From: a virus
Direction: 5' to 3' (one strand)
DNA: 20,483 bases
Virus genome (UHGV): UHGV-0048975
The first letter of the stretch is position 1. Each line of letters starts with the position of its first letter. Below the pieces are notes generated by a model. The model was not told where the DNA came from. It made no database searches and saw only the letters and a list, made by a program, of their open reading frames with translations. The translations under genes were made by a program, and so were the position numbers. Positions 8,549 through 16,159 of this stretch are shown here, one piece after another.

Positions 8549-8782
8549 ATGCGCATTGAAATAATGATCGATAAAGAGCAGAAGATTAGCCAGTCTACCC
8601 TGGACGCCCTTGAATCCGAGCTTTACCGTAATTTGCGCCCTCTGTATCCCAAAACAGCAATTCGTATCCGTAAGGGCAGCGCCAATGGCGTTGAGCTGAG
8701 CGGGTTAAAACTGGATGAAGACAAAAAGCGAGTGATGGAAATAATGCAGCAGGTCTGGGAGGACGATAGCTGGCTGCATTAA
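8549..8782 (+). CDS. DinI-family protein
   Basis: MRIEIMIDKEQKISQSTLDALESELYRNLRPLYP...VMEIMQQVWEDDSWLH resembles DinI (MRIEVTIAK...ETWESADDWF); GAGGTGG RBS; second gene of the LexA-controlled pair. Confidence 0.8.
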   Translation: MRIEIMIDKEQKISQSTLDALESELYRNLRPLYPKTAIRIRKGSANGVELSGLKLDEDKKRVMEIMQQVWEDDSWLH

Positions 8783-8790
8783 GAAACATT

Positions 8791-8821
8791 GTAGGCGTCA
8801 GAACTTGATTCTGACGCCTAC
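8791..8821. terminator. Perfect 11-bp stem hairpin (GTAGGCGTCAG / CTGACGCCTAC) between convergent operons
   Basis: Seen directly; the T-rich run is better on the minus-strand side, so it probably terminates the minus-strand three-gene operon and possibly acts bidirectionally. Confidence 0.5.
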
Positions 8822-8877
8822 GAGGTTGAACAACGAGTAAGGCGAGGCGTTAGGTGAAGTAACTCCTTATAAGCCAT

Positions 8878-9561
8878 CTATGATTGAAGGGTGACTTTTT
8901 TTAACGTATCAAAAACGATTTTCGTAAACTCATTCTCATTTCTAACATCAATATAAGCAAGGCCGCTATTGGTGATCTTGAGCTTACCGGAATATTCTAA
9001 TGAATTAACAGAGCAAACAAGCCTGTCAATTCTTATTTTTTTACCCTCTAATTCTTCTTTATAATACTTCCTAAGATCATTGCTGCCAATTATTTGCATT
9101 TTAGCTGTGGCGTAATCAGAAACTCTAACCCTTGAAATATCAAGTTGTGTTAAATTGATATTTACACTTGAAGATATTTCATTAAGCCAGTCTATAGGGT
9201 TTATGTCAATTTCTTCCAAACTAACACCTAAGCCAAGATTTTTTACCAAAGCCTGCGAAAAAGGCTTTAAAGTTCTGGGTGGGTTAGTAATCTGCATTAC
9301 AGGAAGAGAGTCTAAAGCCACGCTAAAATTTGTGGTGCGATATTCGATTCTTTCAACGGTAGTTTCGCTTCCGTCAAAGCTTAATATTTTATCATGATAA
9401 ACAATACGCTCGACAAAGCGACCATTTGCAAAATCATGGCGTATTTTATCAAAAATGAACCCTTTCCCTTTATCCTCTGTAAAAGAATCAAGAGAAAGAC
9501 GTCTAACGGCTGTTTCAAACTCAAGCCGTATGTTTAACTTAAGCCATTTAACCTTTTTCAT
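8878..9561 (-). CDS. Hypothetical protein, third gene of three-gene cargo operon (227 aa)
   Basis: ATG at 9561 lies inside the 3' end of the upstream gene (14-nt overlap); AT-rich; no recognisable motif. Confidence 0.75.
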   Translation of the reverse strand: MKKVKWLKLNIRLEFETAVRRLSLDSFTEDKGKGFIFDKIRHDFANGRFVERIVYHDKILSFDGSETTVERIEYRTTNFSVALDSLPVMQITNPPRTLKPFSQALVKNLGLGVSLEEIDINPIDWLNEISSSVNINLTQLDISRVRVSDYATAKMQIIGSNDLRKYYKEELEGKKIRIDRLVCSVNSLEYSGKLKITNSGLAYIDVRNENEFTKIVFDTLKKVTLQS

Positions 9562-10627
9562 CTTCGTTCACCTCTGATCCTATTATTATATTATAGGCAT
9601 TTTCAGCGGCGGACTCAATTAATTCACTAATATGTTTTTTCTCTTGTGCCGTTGCCGCGCGAATGGTTACATTGAAACCGTCTTCTTTTTGATTGTTTAT
9701 ACCTTTAATTTGATAGGCAAAGTCACAGCATTTTTCTGAGTCTTTGAAAAATGCTTCGACGTTGATTCTGTCTCCAATTCCACTTGTCGGCTTTGAAGAC
9801 CATGCAATACGCCCGATATAATAACCTTTCTCATGTAGTTGAGAAAATATAGCTGAACTATTTACCCCTTCACCATTAAGGACGGCTTTCTTAACAAATC
9901 CGGTATCAATAGTTTCTTCCTTGTCTTCATCCTCACTAGCATCAGTACTGCGATTTAATTCGACTTTTGTTACGTCATCAGTCTCATAACCGCGTAGACC
10001 ATTCATTAATTCCTGAAAAAACTGACTTCGCAATGTAGGATCAGTTATTGCTAGTAATGATATTTCGAAGCGCTCGATAGGTTCGGACTTGATTTTAGAT
10101 AGCTCGTTTTGCAAGCTCTCAATAACTTTTTTTGCCTCGGGGTTTTGAGGCATACGTACTTCAACTTTGTCAGCTCCAGGGCGAAGTTCTATTATAACAT
10201 TCCGCTTGTCGATCTGACGTAATGCAGTTTTAGACAGGTCTATTTCTTCATATTTGTATTCTACTGTAAGCGAGCCATCTTTTTTAGCTACAATATTCAG
10301 GCTTTGACCTTTACTAGGGGAGCATGTTTTTTTTAGTGCTTCAGCAGCACTTTTTAATTCGGCCTGATTTGTTGAGGTTTGGAAGCTCACACTAGTAGTG
10401 CTTTCCCTTGGGTCATATGTTTTGACCAGTTTTTTTATGTGTTCTAATTCATTAAATCCGTGAGGAAGTTTGGATATTTCCTCGATTAGTATTTCCTTGT
10501 CGAGTTCTGGTGATAAAAACACACCTCGATTCAACAATAATTCATGCAACTTTGCAGCGGTTATCCTTTTATGATGTAATGCATCATAAATATTTTTATC
10601 AGTTGCGAAATATAGTTTTTTAGCCAT
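9548..10627 (-). CDS. Hypothetical protein, second gene of three-gene cargo operon (359 aa)
   Basis: Start overlaps the upstream stop (TAATG); acidic internal stretch; no Walker A or other known motif seen. Confidence 0.8.
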   Translation of the reverse strand: MAKKLYFATDKNIYDALHHKRITAAKLHELLLNRGVFLSPELDKEILIEEISKLPHGFNELEHIKKLVKTYDPRESTTSVSFQTSTNQAELKSAAEALKKTCSPSKGQSLNIVAKKDGSLTVEYKYEEIDLSKTALRQIDKRNVIIELRPGADKVEVRMPQNPEAKKVIESLQNELSKIKSEPIERFEISLLAITDPTLRSQFFQELMNGLRGYETDDVTKVELNRSTDASEDEDKEETIDTGFVKKAVLNGEGVNSSAIFSQLHEKGYYIGRIAWSSKPTSGIGDRINVEAFFKDSEKCCDFAYQIKGINNQKEDGFNVTIRAATAQEKKHISELIESAAENAYNIIIGSEVNEDEKG

Positions 10628-11628
10628 TATCGTTGCTCCATGCCGATTTGTTCAAGATTATATTCAACAACAATTTTGTCTGTCTTGTCGAAGTCAATTT
10701 TAAGAAAAAGTCTTTCATCCTCGCCTAAGAGCCAGTCTGTGCTGTATTTCTTTTTCGCTCTTTCAAAATGATGAATGGCATTTTCATTTGGGTGAATGTG
10801 ACAATGGCGTAATACGATTGGTTTACCTTCGGTTAATATCTGATAAGTTGATAACATATCAAAGAAGTAAACGAATTCGTCTACTGAATCCCCCGGTTGA
10901 TTGTAATAAACAACATATCCCTCAGGGTTTTTATCCCTGAGCCAACTGAAAGCCTCATGCTTTATTATAATGTATGGTGATGTTAATAATTCAATTGTTG
11001 CAGGTGTTGTCTGATTAATAGGGTGCTTTATTCTTGTTAGGGAAAGATCTGGATAATAATATGTGAACTTATCAGGTTGAGGAAGTTTGCCTGAACCAAT
11101 TAACTTAGTTATGTCAGAAGATATGTTTATCAAATCTGATATTTTATAAGGGTCAAGCAAATGTAGTTTGATGTTTGGAGGGCAATTTATAGATGAGTGA
11201 TCTAATTTTTTTGTAATATTCTCATAGAAGTCTTTATCATATAAATTATCATGGTTATATAAGAATAATAACCCTCTTACGTTATAACCTAAAGAATCAT
11301 CATGAACATATTTCAATCGCCATTCTTCACTGACATTTGCACACTCGGTAGCTAAAGCAAGCGATGTTAAAGCTCCCTCGACTATTTTTTTCCCAATAGT
11401 ACCTTCTGCATAGCTTTTGAGGTCTGTGTTGAGATAGACCATTTCCTCCTCATATGGATCTATGTAGAAAAATACAACATCGCTTGGATGTGTTTTCTTG
11501 GAATGAGCCTCTTGGCAACAATCCCAATTCATGTCCGCTCTAGCGGCACGATCCCATTTGAACACTGAGAAAATATCATCAGAAATCTTACCCGCGACTC
11601 GTTGTATAGCCGAAGTCTCTCCACCCAT
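10627..11628 (-). CDS. Hypothetical protein, first gene of three-gene cargo operon (333 aa); weak PD-(D/E)xK-like signature
   Basis: GGAG RBS 9 nt upstream of the ATG; possible nuclease-like pattern FFYIDP...MVYLNTDLK (tentative); AT-rich. Confidence 0.8.
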   Translation of the reverse strand: MGGETSAIQRVAGKISDDIFSVFKWDRAARADMNWDCCQEAHSKKTHPSDVVFFYIDPYEEEMVYLNTDLKSYAEGTIGKKIVEGALTSLALATECANVSEEWRLKYVHDDSLGYNVRGLLFLYNHDNLYDKDFYENITKKLDHSSINCPPNIKLHLLDPYKISDLINISSDITKLIGSGKLPQPDKFTYYYPDLSLTRIKHPINQTTPATIELLTSPYIIIKHEAFSWLRDKNPEGYVVYYNQPGDSVDEFVYFFDMLSTYQILTEGKPIVLRHCHIHPNENAIHHFERAKKKYSTDWLLGEDERLFLKIDFDKTDKIVVEYNLEQIGMEQR

Positions 11629-11698
11629 TTCAATCTCGCTCCTTTACAATTGCTGTGGCAATCTGCCTGAAAATCCATCTGACTTGATGAGTAATCTA

Positions 11699-11710
11699 AC
11701 CATATGGTTC
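11699..11710. promoter_or_regulatory. Perfect 12-bp palindrome AACCATATGGTT in the control region upstream of the three-gene operon
   Basis: Seen directly, about 70 bp upstream of the operon start; possible operator. Confidence 0.3.
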
Positions 11711-11778
11711 GTATGCGTTTGTTGCATGACTATAGCGCATGAAAATGAATGATCGCAAAAGGATCGTTTTTGCTCAGT

Positions 11779-11801
11779 CCCGCCAGTTCTGGCGGGCTTT
11801 T
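11779..11801 (+). terminator. Intrinsic terminator-like hairpin CCCGCCA-GTTC-TGGCGGG followed by CTTTT, with no upstream plus-strand gene
   Basis: 7-bp GC stem, tetraloop and T-run on the plus strand only; no plus-strand CDS upstream, so it may end a small non-coding transcript or insulate the downstream module. Confidence 0.45.
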
Positions 11802-11933
11802 ACTTATGTCATGCAGGTGCATGAAAACCACTACACAAAGCGGGCAGGCGTGGCGGGGATACGAGCGCGCGCTGTGCGTGGTTGTAAAAGGAAATTGTTT
11901 TCGGTATAACCACTTCCATTAGAAGGAGAATTT

Positions 11934-12179
11934 ATGAAAATTTTTGCAATAGTCATTACATGTATGCTGGCATCGATTGCAGGATTATGGCTTTATATGG
12001 ATCCTGGTTTTGATTCTATTGTTGCATTTTTGGCTGCAGTTAGCGCTTTAGCTGGATTACTTATCACTACAAAAAATAAATATAATTCTATGAGCCAATC
12101 AGTTGGTGATAATTCAACTGCTGTCCAGGCTAGAGGTGATATTAAAATTGATTGTATAAATACAGGTGATAAAAAATAA
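11934..12179 (+). CDS. Small membrane protein (81 aa, two predicted TM helices)
   Basis: AAGGAG RBS; hydrophobic segments IFAIVITCMLASIAGLWLYM and IVAFLAAVSALAGLLITT; C-terminal tail shares a motif with the N-terminus of the next protein. Confidence 0.7.
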   Translation: MKIFAIVITCMLASIAGLWLYMDPGFDSIVAFLAAVSALAGLLITTKNKYNSMSQSVGDNSTAVQARGDIKIDCINTGDKK

Positions 12180-12188
12180 GGAGGATAT

Positions 12189-13046
12189 ATGTTTAGTGAT
12201 AAGCAAAAGCAACAAATAGGTAATAATTCGTATGCAATTCAAGCTGGAAATAATGTAAATGTTTCAGGGATGTCGTTTTCCGAGGTTAGAGAACTATTCA
12301 ACATTCTCTTCGAAAATCAGTTTCCAAAATTGAAAGATGTTGCTTATGCTGCAGCTCAAGAGAATGCAAAAGATTTTGAAGAGCGTGTCGTTTCGGATTT
12401 AACAAAAAACGTTGATAGATTGATTATTGATAAATTTTGCGATCCGGACGTTCAGGCTACATTGACTGAGGCATTAAAGTCATCAGCCAGGAAGGGAAAG
12501 AAAGCTAATATGGATGTGCTTTCTCAGTTGTTAGTTGAACGAGTCTCCAATAACAATGACGATTTTAGAGATATAGTTTTAACGGAGGCAGTTACCGTCG
12601 TTCCCAAGTTAACACAGCAACAAATATCACTTATAACGATAGTTTTTCTTCTCAAGAATGTTGAGATCAAAGACCCTGTTAATGGTGTTCGATTGGATTT
12701 GTTGGAGCACAATTTTAGAAACTTTGAATCAATGTATACTAATGGGTTTAATTTGTCTCAAGCCCAGATATATCACATTCAATATGCAGGGGCTTGTTCA
12801 TGGAATACTTTTTTAGGGATGGATGTTGAAGACTATTTTATGAGTAAATATCCGACTGATATAAAAGATAAGAGTGCATATATTTCAAATCTTAAGTTAG
12901 TTGCCCCTCATGTGTCTGCATTTTTAGAAAAATTTTCAAAGAGCAACTATCAAGGAATTGAATTAACAAGTGTAGGGCAAGCAATTGCTCTGGCTGTTTT
13001 TTCAAGATACGTAGGAAGATTGGATTATAATATTTGGTTAAAGTAG
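12189..13046 (+). CDS. Hypothetical cargo protein (285 aa), partner of the small membrane protein
   Basis: AAGGAGGA RBS immediately after the upstream stop; AT-rich; N-terminus KQQIGNNSYAIQAGNNVNV parallels SQSVGDNSTAVQARGDIKI in the upstream protein. Confidence 0.8.
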   Translation: MFSDKQKQQIGNNSYAIQAGNNVNVSGMSFSEVRELFNILFENQFPKLKDVAYAAAQENAKDFEERVVSDLTKNVDRLIIDKFCDPDVQATLTEALKSSARKGKKANMDVLSQLLVERVSNNNDDFRDIVLTEAVTVVPKLTQQQISLITIVFLLKNVEIKDPVNGVRLDLLEHNFRNFESMYTNGFNLSQAQIYHIQYAGACSWNTFLGMDVEDYFMSKYPTDIKDKSAYISNLKLVAPHVSAFLEKFSKSNYQGIELTSVGQAIALAVFSRYVGRLDYNIWLK

Positions 13047-13075
13047 GGCATTATTTGCCCTACTTTATTATAATT
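13043..13075. terminator. Bidirectional terminator hairpin GTAGGGCA-TTATT-TGCCCTAC followed by a T-rich run
   Basis: 8-bp stem overlapping the stop codon of the 285-aa gene, then TTTATTATAATT; lies between convergent genes. Confidence 0.6.
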
Positions 13076-13630
13076 CATATGGTTGGAAAGAAATTATTTC
13101 ATCACTCAACCATTCATTAATTTCTTTAATTCGCTTTTGCAGCGGTATCAATTCGTTACGGACAAACACCTTACTCGCCTTTTCCACATCCCCAAATCCC
13201 CCAACATTACTCGGCATAATCCCCATCATCTGCGGCGGAACGCGGTGTGCAGCCATCATGTCGTCTCGGCTCACGTTCTTAATGTTCAGAAACTCATCCT
13301 TTGCCGCTACCTCTGACAGCGGGATTATCTGAATCCCGTCCTTTTTGCCGTTGGGTGAATACATAAACAGGTTGCGGAAGTTGCCCGGTCCTTTAGCGCT
13401 TTTCATGGCCTGGCGGATGTTGTTCACGTCCTCCTGGTTCTGCGCGGCGTCGGTCATATACATGATGAACCCTGCATGACTGCCATTGATGTAGTATTTA
13501 CGCCGGAACAGCGTAGCGGACTCGTTCAGCAAGGCGGACGGAATGGCGGACAGATATTCCGGCAGGCCGTAAATTTCCTGGTTCAGGTCCGGCTCCATCA
13601 GGTGAAAGATACTGCCTTTAGTGAACTCGT
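13068..13630 (-). pseudogene. Portal protein gene remnant (3' half only; P2 gpQ-like)
   Basis: C-terminal portal-like sequence (...GIMPSNVGGFGDVEKASKVFVRNELIPLQKRIKEINEWL...); only ~180-190 codons where P2-type portals are about 340; the 5' boundary is approximate. Confidence 0.65.
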
Positions 13631-13639
13631 AGGGCTGCG

Positions 13640-13934
13640 TGGTTACACCCTGAACGTGGTGATTGAGGATTTCAGCGGCGACCAGAATCTGCTGATGGCC
13701 CCGGTTTTGCTGTGGCTGCGGGATAACCAGCCCGATGCCATCAATAACCCGGCGTTACGGGAAAAACTATTTACCTTTGAGGTGGATATTCTGCGCAACG
13801 ATGTCTGTGATATCAGCCTTAACCTGCAACTGACGGAACGTGTGCTGGTCAGCACTGACGGCAGTGTGTCGAGCGTTGAAGCGGTAGCAGAACCCGATGA
13901 ACCTGAAGAAATGTGGACGGTGAAACGTGGCTGA
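13640..13934 (+). pseudogene. Tail completion protein R gene remnant (3' part; P2 gpR-like)
   Basis: YTLNVVIEDFSGDQNLLMAPVLLWLRDNQPD...LNLQLTERVLVS resembles P2 gpR; the upstream part of the track ORF is antisense to the portal remnant, so the N-terminus is missing. Boundary approximate. Confidence 0.6.
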
Positions 13935-14373
13935 ACTGCAGAAGGTGGACGACTGGCTTAGTGCCTTACTGGCGAATCTGGAACCAGTCGCAAGAAGCCG
14001 CATGATGCGCCAGCTGGCGCAGGAACTGCGCCGGACACAGCAGCAGAATATCAGGATGCAGCGCAATCCAGATGGCAGCAGTTATGAACCGCGCAAGGTC
14101 ACGGCGCGCAGTAAAAAAGGCCGCATCAAACGTCAGATGTTTGCAAAGCTGCGCACCACCAAATACCTGAAAACTGCCGCCAGCGCCGATTCTGCCAGCG
14201 TGCAGTTTGAAGGTAAGGTGCAGCGCATTGCCCGCGTTCACCATTATGGCCTGCGCGATCGCGTCAGCCGCAAAGGACCGGAAGTGCGTTACGCAGAGCG
14301 TCGTTTGTTGGGTCTTAATGGTGAGTCTTACGTTCTAACTCTTGATATATTGAATAGATTCCTTCTGTCTTGA
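13927..14373 (+). CDS. Tail completion / virion morphogenesis protein S (P2 gpS-like)
   Basis: 148 aa, GTG start overlapping the R stop; basic central region typical of the gpS family; the last ~17 codons are AT-rich and overlap the convergent membrane-protein gene. Confidence 0.8.
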   Translation: MAELQKVDDWLSALLANLEPVARSRMMRQLAQELRRTQQQNIRMQRNPDGSSYEPRKVTARSKKGRIKRQMFAKLRTTKYLKTAASADSASVQFEGKVQRIARVHHYGLRDRVSRKGPEVRYAERRLLGLNGESYVLTLDILNRFLLS

Positions 14374-15121
14374 ATTCACCATATGCCCAATGAATTGCAT
14401 TTTTTTGTTCAGTCAGAATATATTTCCTAACTTTTTTAGAATAGTGAATGGTCAGTATAAAACCCAAAGAAATCCATAATAGAATAAATATGGTTGTTGG
14501 GGCAAAGGAATAGATAAAGAATTTGTCTTTAACGAAATTCTTGACTTCTTCATCAATGTAAGCATTCCCTTCATCAGTGGTTAGTAGTTTACAAAGAATT
14601 TCTTTATGTTCGATAGTTAATGATTTGTACTTCTCTGTACTGGCAGAGGATGACTCTTCGCAATCATCCTTTGATATTTCCCAATCAGGAGTGGTTAATA
14701 TTGTAGCTGCAGTCGCCAGTTTTTTTGACATATAAAATGATTCACCGGATTTTATCCAATAAAGCAATGTGCTATTTGGTGGGGTTCTAATGGCTTGGAT
14801 GAAAACTGGACCAAAAATATAAATTGCACACAAAAAAAGAAGTGAAAAGAGAACCGTGATTGATTTTTCAGCCCATGTGATAGTAGGCAGCCTTTTTAAT
14901 GATATTCGTATAAGAAAAAAATTCAATATAAACGCAGGTATTCCTGATTTTTTCAAAATTACATCATGAGATTTTCTATATTTGAATAGTGCTCTTATAA
15001 CTATCGTCACCAAAGTTATAACAGCTCCAATAATGGAAATCCATGCGGCAAGTGCCGCTGCCGGGGTGTTTAAAAATTCAGCATTAAATATATTAGAACT
15101 TATTGGATTCATAACACTCAT
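14315..15121 (-). CDS. AT-rich multi-pass membrane protein (268 aa) inserted between tail genes S and V
   Basis: GGTGG RBS 4 nt upstream of the ATG; several hydrophobic helices (AALAAWISIIGAVITLVTIVI, ITVLFSLLFLCAIYIFGPVFI, IFILLWISLGFILTI); opposite strand to the tail genes. Confidence 0.75.
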   Translation of the reverse strand: MSVMNPISSNIFNAEFLNTPAAALAAWISIIGAVITLVTIVIRALFKYRKSHDVILKKSGIPAFILNFFLIRISLKRLPTITWAEKSITVLFSLLFLCAIYIFGPVFIQAIRTPPNSTLLYWIKSGESFYMSKKLATAATILTTPDWEISKDDCEESSSASTEKYKSLTIEHKEILCKLLTTDEGNAYIDEEVKNFVKDKFFIYSFAPTTIFILLWISLGFILTIHYSKKVRKYILTEQKNAIHWAYGEFKTEGIYSIYQELERKTHH

Positions 15122-15224
15122 TTATCCACCTATTGGTTGTTTTTTATCCTTTTATCAATTTGTACCATCGATACCACAATTTGCAAGAAGTTATAAACAA
15201 GTTTTCAGCTGTCATCATATATCT

Positions 15225-15803
15225 ATGAACGCACAACTAACCGAAATCATGCGCCTTATCACCAATCTGATCCGCATAGGTGTAGTCACCGAAGTGGACC
15301 GGGAAAACTGGCTTTGTCGGGTGAAAACGGGCGACCTTGAAACCAACTGGATTAACTGGCTGACGCTGCGCGCGGGTAATGCCCGCACATGGTGGCGACC
15401 ATCGGAAGGTGAGCAGGTGGTGCTGCTGAGTCTGGGCGGCAATCTGGAAACCGCCTTTGCGTTACCCGCCATCTATTCGAATCAGTTCGCGCCACCTTCG
15501 ACGTCGGCGGACGCCTGCGTGACAGAACATCCTGACGGCGGCTGGTTTGAATACGAACCCGCCACCGGGCGCTGGTATGTCAGGGGCATCAAATCAATGG
15601 TCATTGAGGCCGCTGACAATATCACCCTGAAAACCAGTGAGTTTATGCTGGAGGCTGACCGCACGCGTATTAACAGCGAAGTGGTGATCAATGGTGGCGT
15701 TACCCAGGGCGGTGGAGCGATGAGCTCTAACGGGATTGTGGTTGATGCGCATCAGCATACTGGCGTCCTGAAAGGCGGCGACACAACCGGAGGTCCGGTA
15801 TGA
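15225..15803 (+). CDS. Baseplate assembly protein V (P2 gpV-like)
   Basis: MNAQLTEIMRLITNLIRIGVVTEVD... typical of gpV; the track ORF from 14982 is an antisense over-extension. Confidence 0.85.
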   Translation: MNAQLTEIMRLITNLIRIGVVTEVDRENWLCRVKTGDLETNWINWLTLRAGNARTWWRPSEGEQVVLLSLGGNLETAFALPAIYSNQFAPPSTSADACVTEHPDGGWFEYEPATGRWYVRGIKSMVIEAADNITLKTSEFMLEADRTRINSEVVINGGVTQGGGAMSSNGIVVDAHQHTGVLKGGDTTGGPV

Positions 15804-16159
15804 CGCTTTATAGCGGGATGAACAATACCAGCGGCAAAGCCATTACTGATATTGACCATCTGCGCCAGTCGGTGCGGGACATTCTGCTGACACCGCAGGG
15901 TAGCCGTATTGCCCGTCGGGAATATGGTTCTCTGCTGTCGGCACTGATAGACCAGCCACAAAATCCGGCATTACGCCTGCAGGTCATGTCGGCAGTGTAT
16001 GTGGCGCTGAGTCGCTGGGAGCCACGGCTGACGCTGGATTCCATCACCATCAACAGCGATTTTGACGGTTCAATGGTGGTGGAGCTGACCGGGCGGCGTA
16101 ATAACGGTGTGCCTGTTTCCCTTTCCGTATCAACAGGAGCAGAGAATGGCAGTGATTGA
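15800..16159 (+). CDS. Baseplate wedge protein W (P2 gpW / GPW-gp25 family)
   Basis: 119 aa; ATGA overlap with the V stop; sequence DILLTPQGSRIARREYGSLL typical of the gpW/gp25 family. Confidence 0.85.
   Translation: MTLYSGMNNTSGKAITDIDHLRQSVRDILLTPQGSRIARREYGSLLSALIDQPQNPALRLQVMSAVYVALSRWEPRLTLDSITINSDFDGSMVVELTGRRNNGVPVSLSVSTGAENGSD

Noticed and set aside
8841-8849. GGCGAGGCG resembling the first 9 nt of the P2 cos cohesive end
   Set aside because: Only the first 9 of 19 positions match my recollection of the P2/186 cos sequence, and the site is not adjacent to the portal gene where cos should lie; treated as chance.
10627-11628. HEPN-like Rx4H motif (RHCHIH) in gene 1 of the three-gene operon
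   Set aside because: A six-residue pattern occurs too often by chance to support a HEPN call without structural or profile evidence; mentioned only as a lead.
13476-13934. 152-aa ORF as an intact tail-completion protein R
   Set aside because: Its first ~55 codons are antisense to the portal remnant; only the 3' part resembles gpR, so it is annotated as a remnant.
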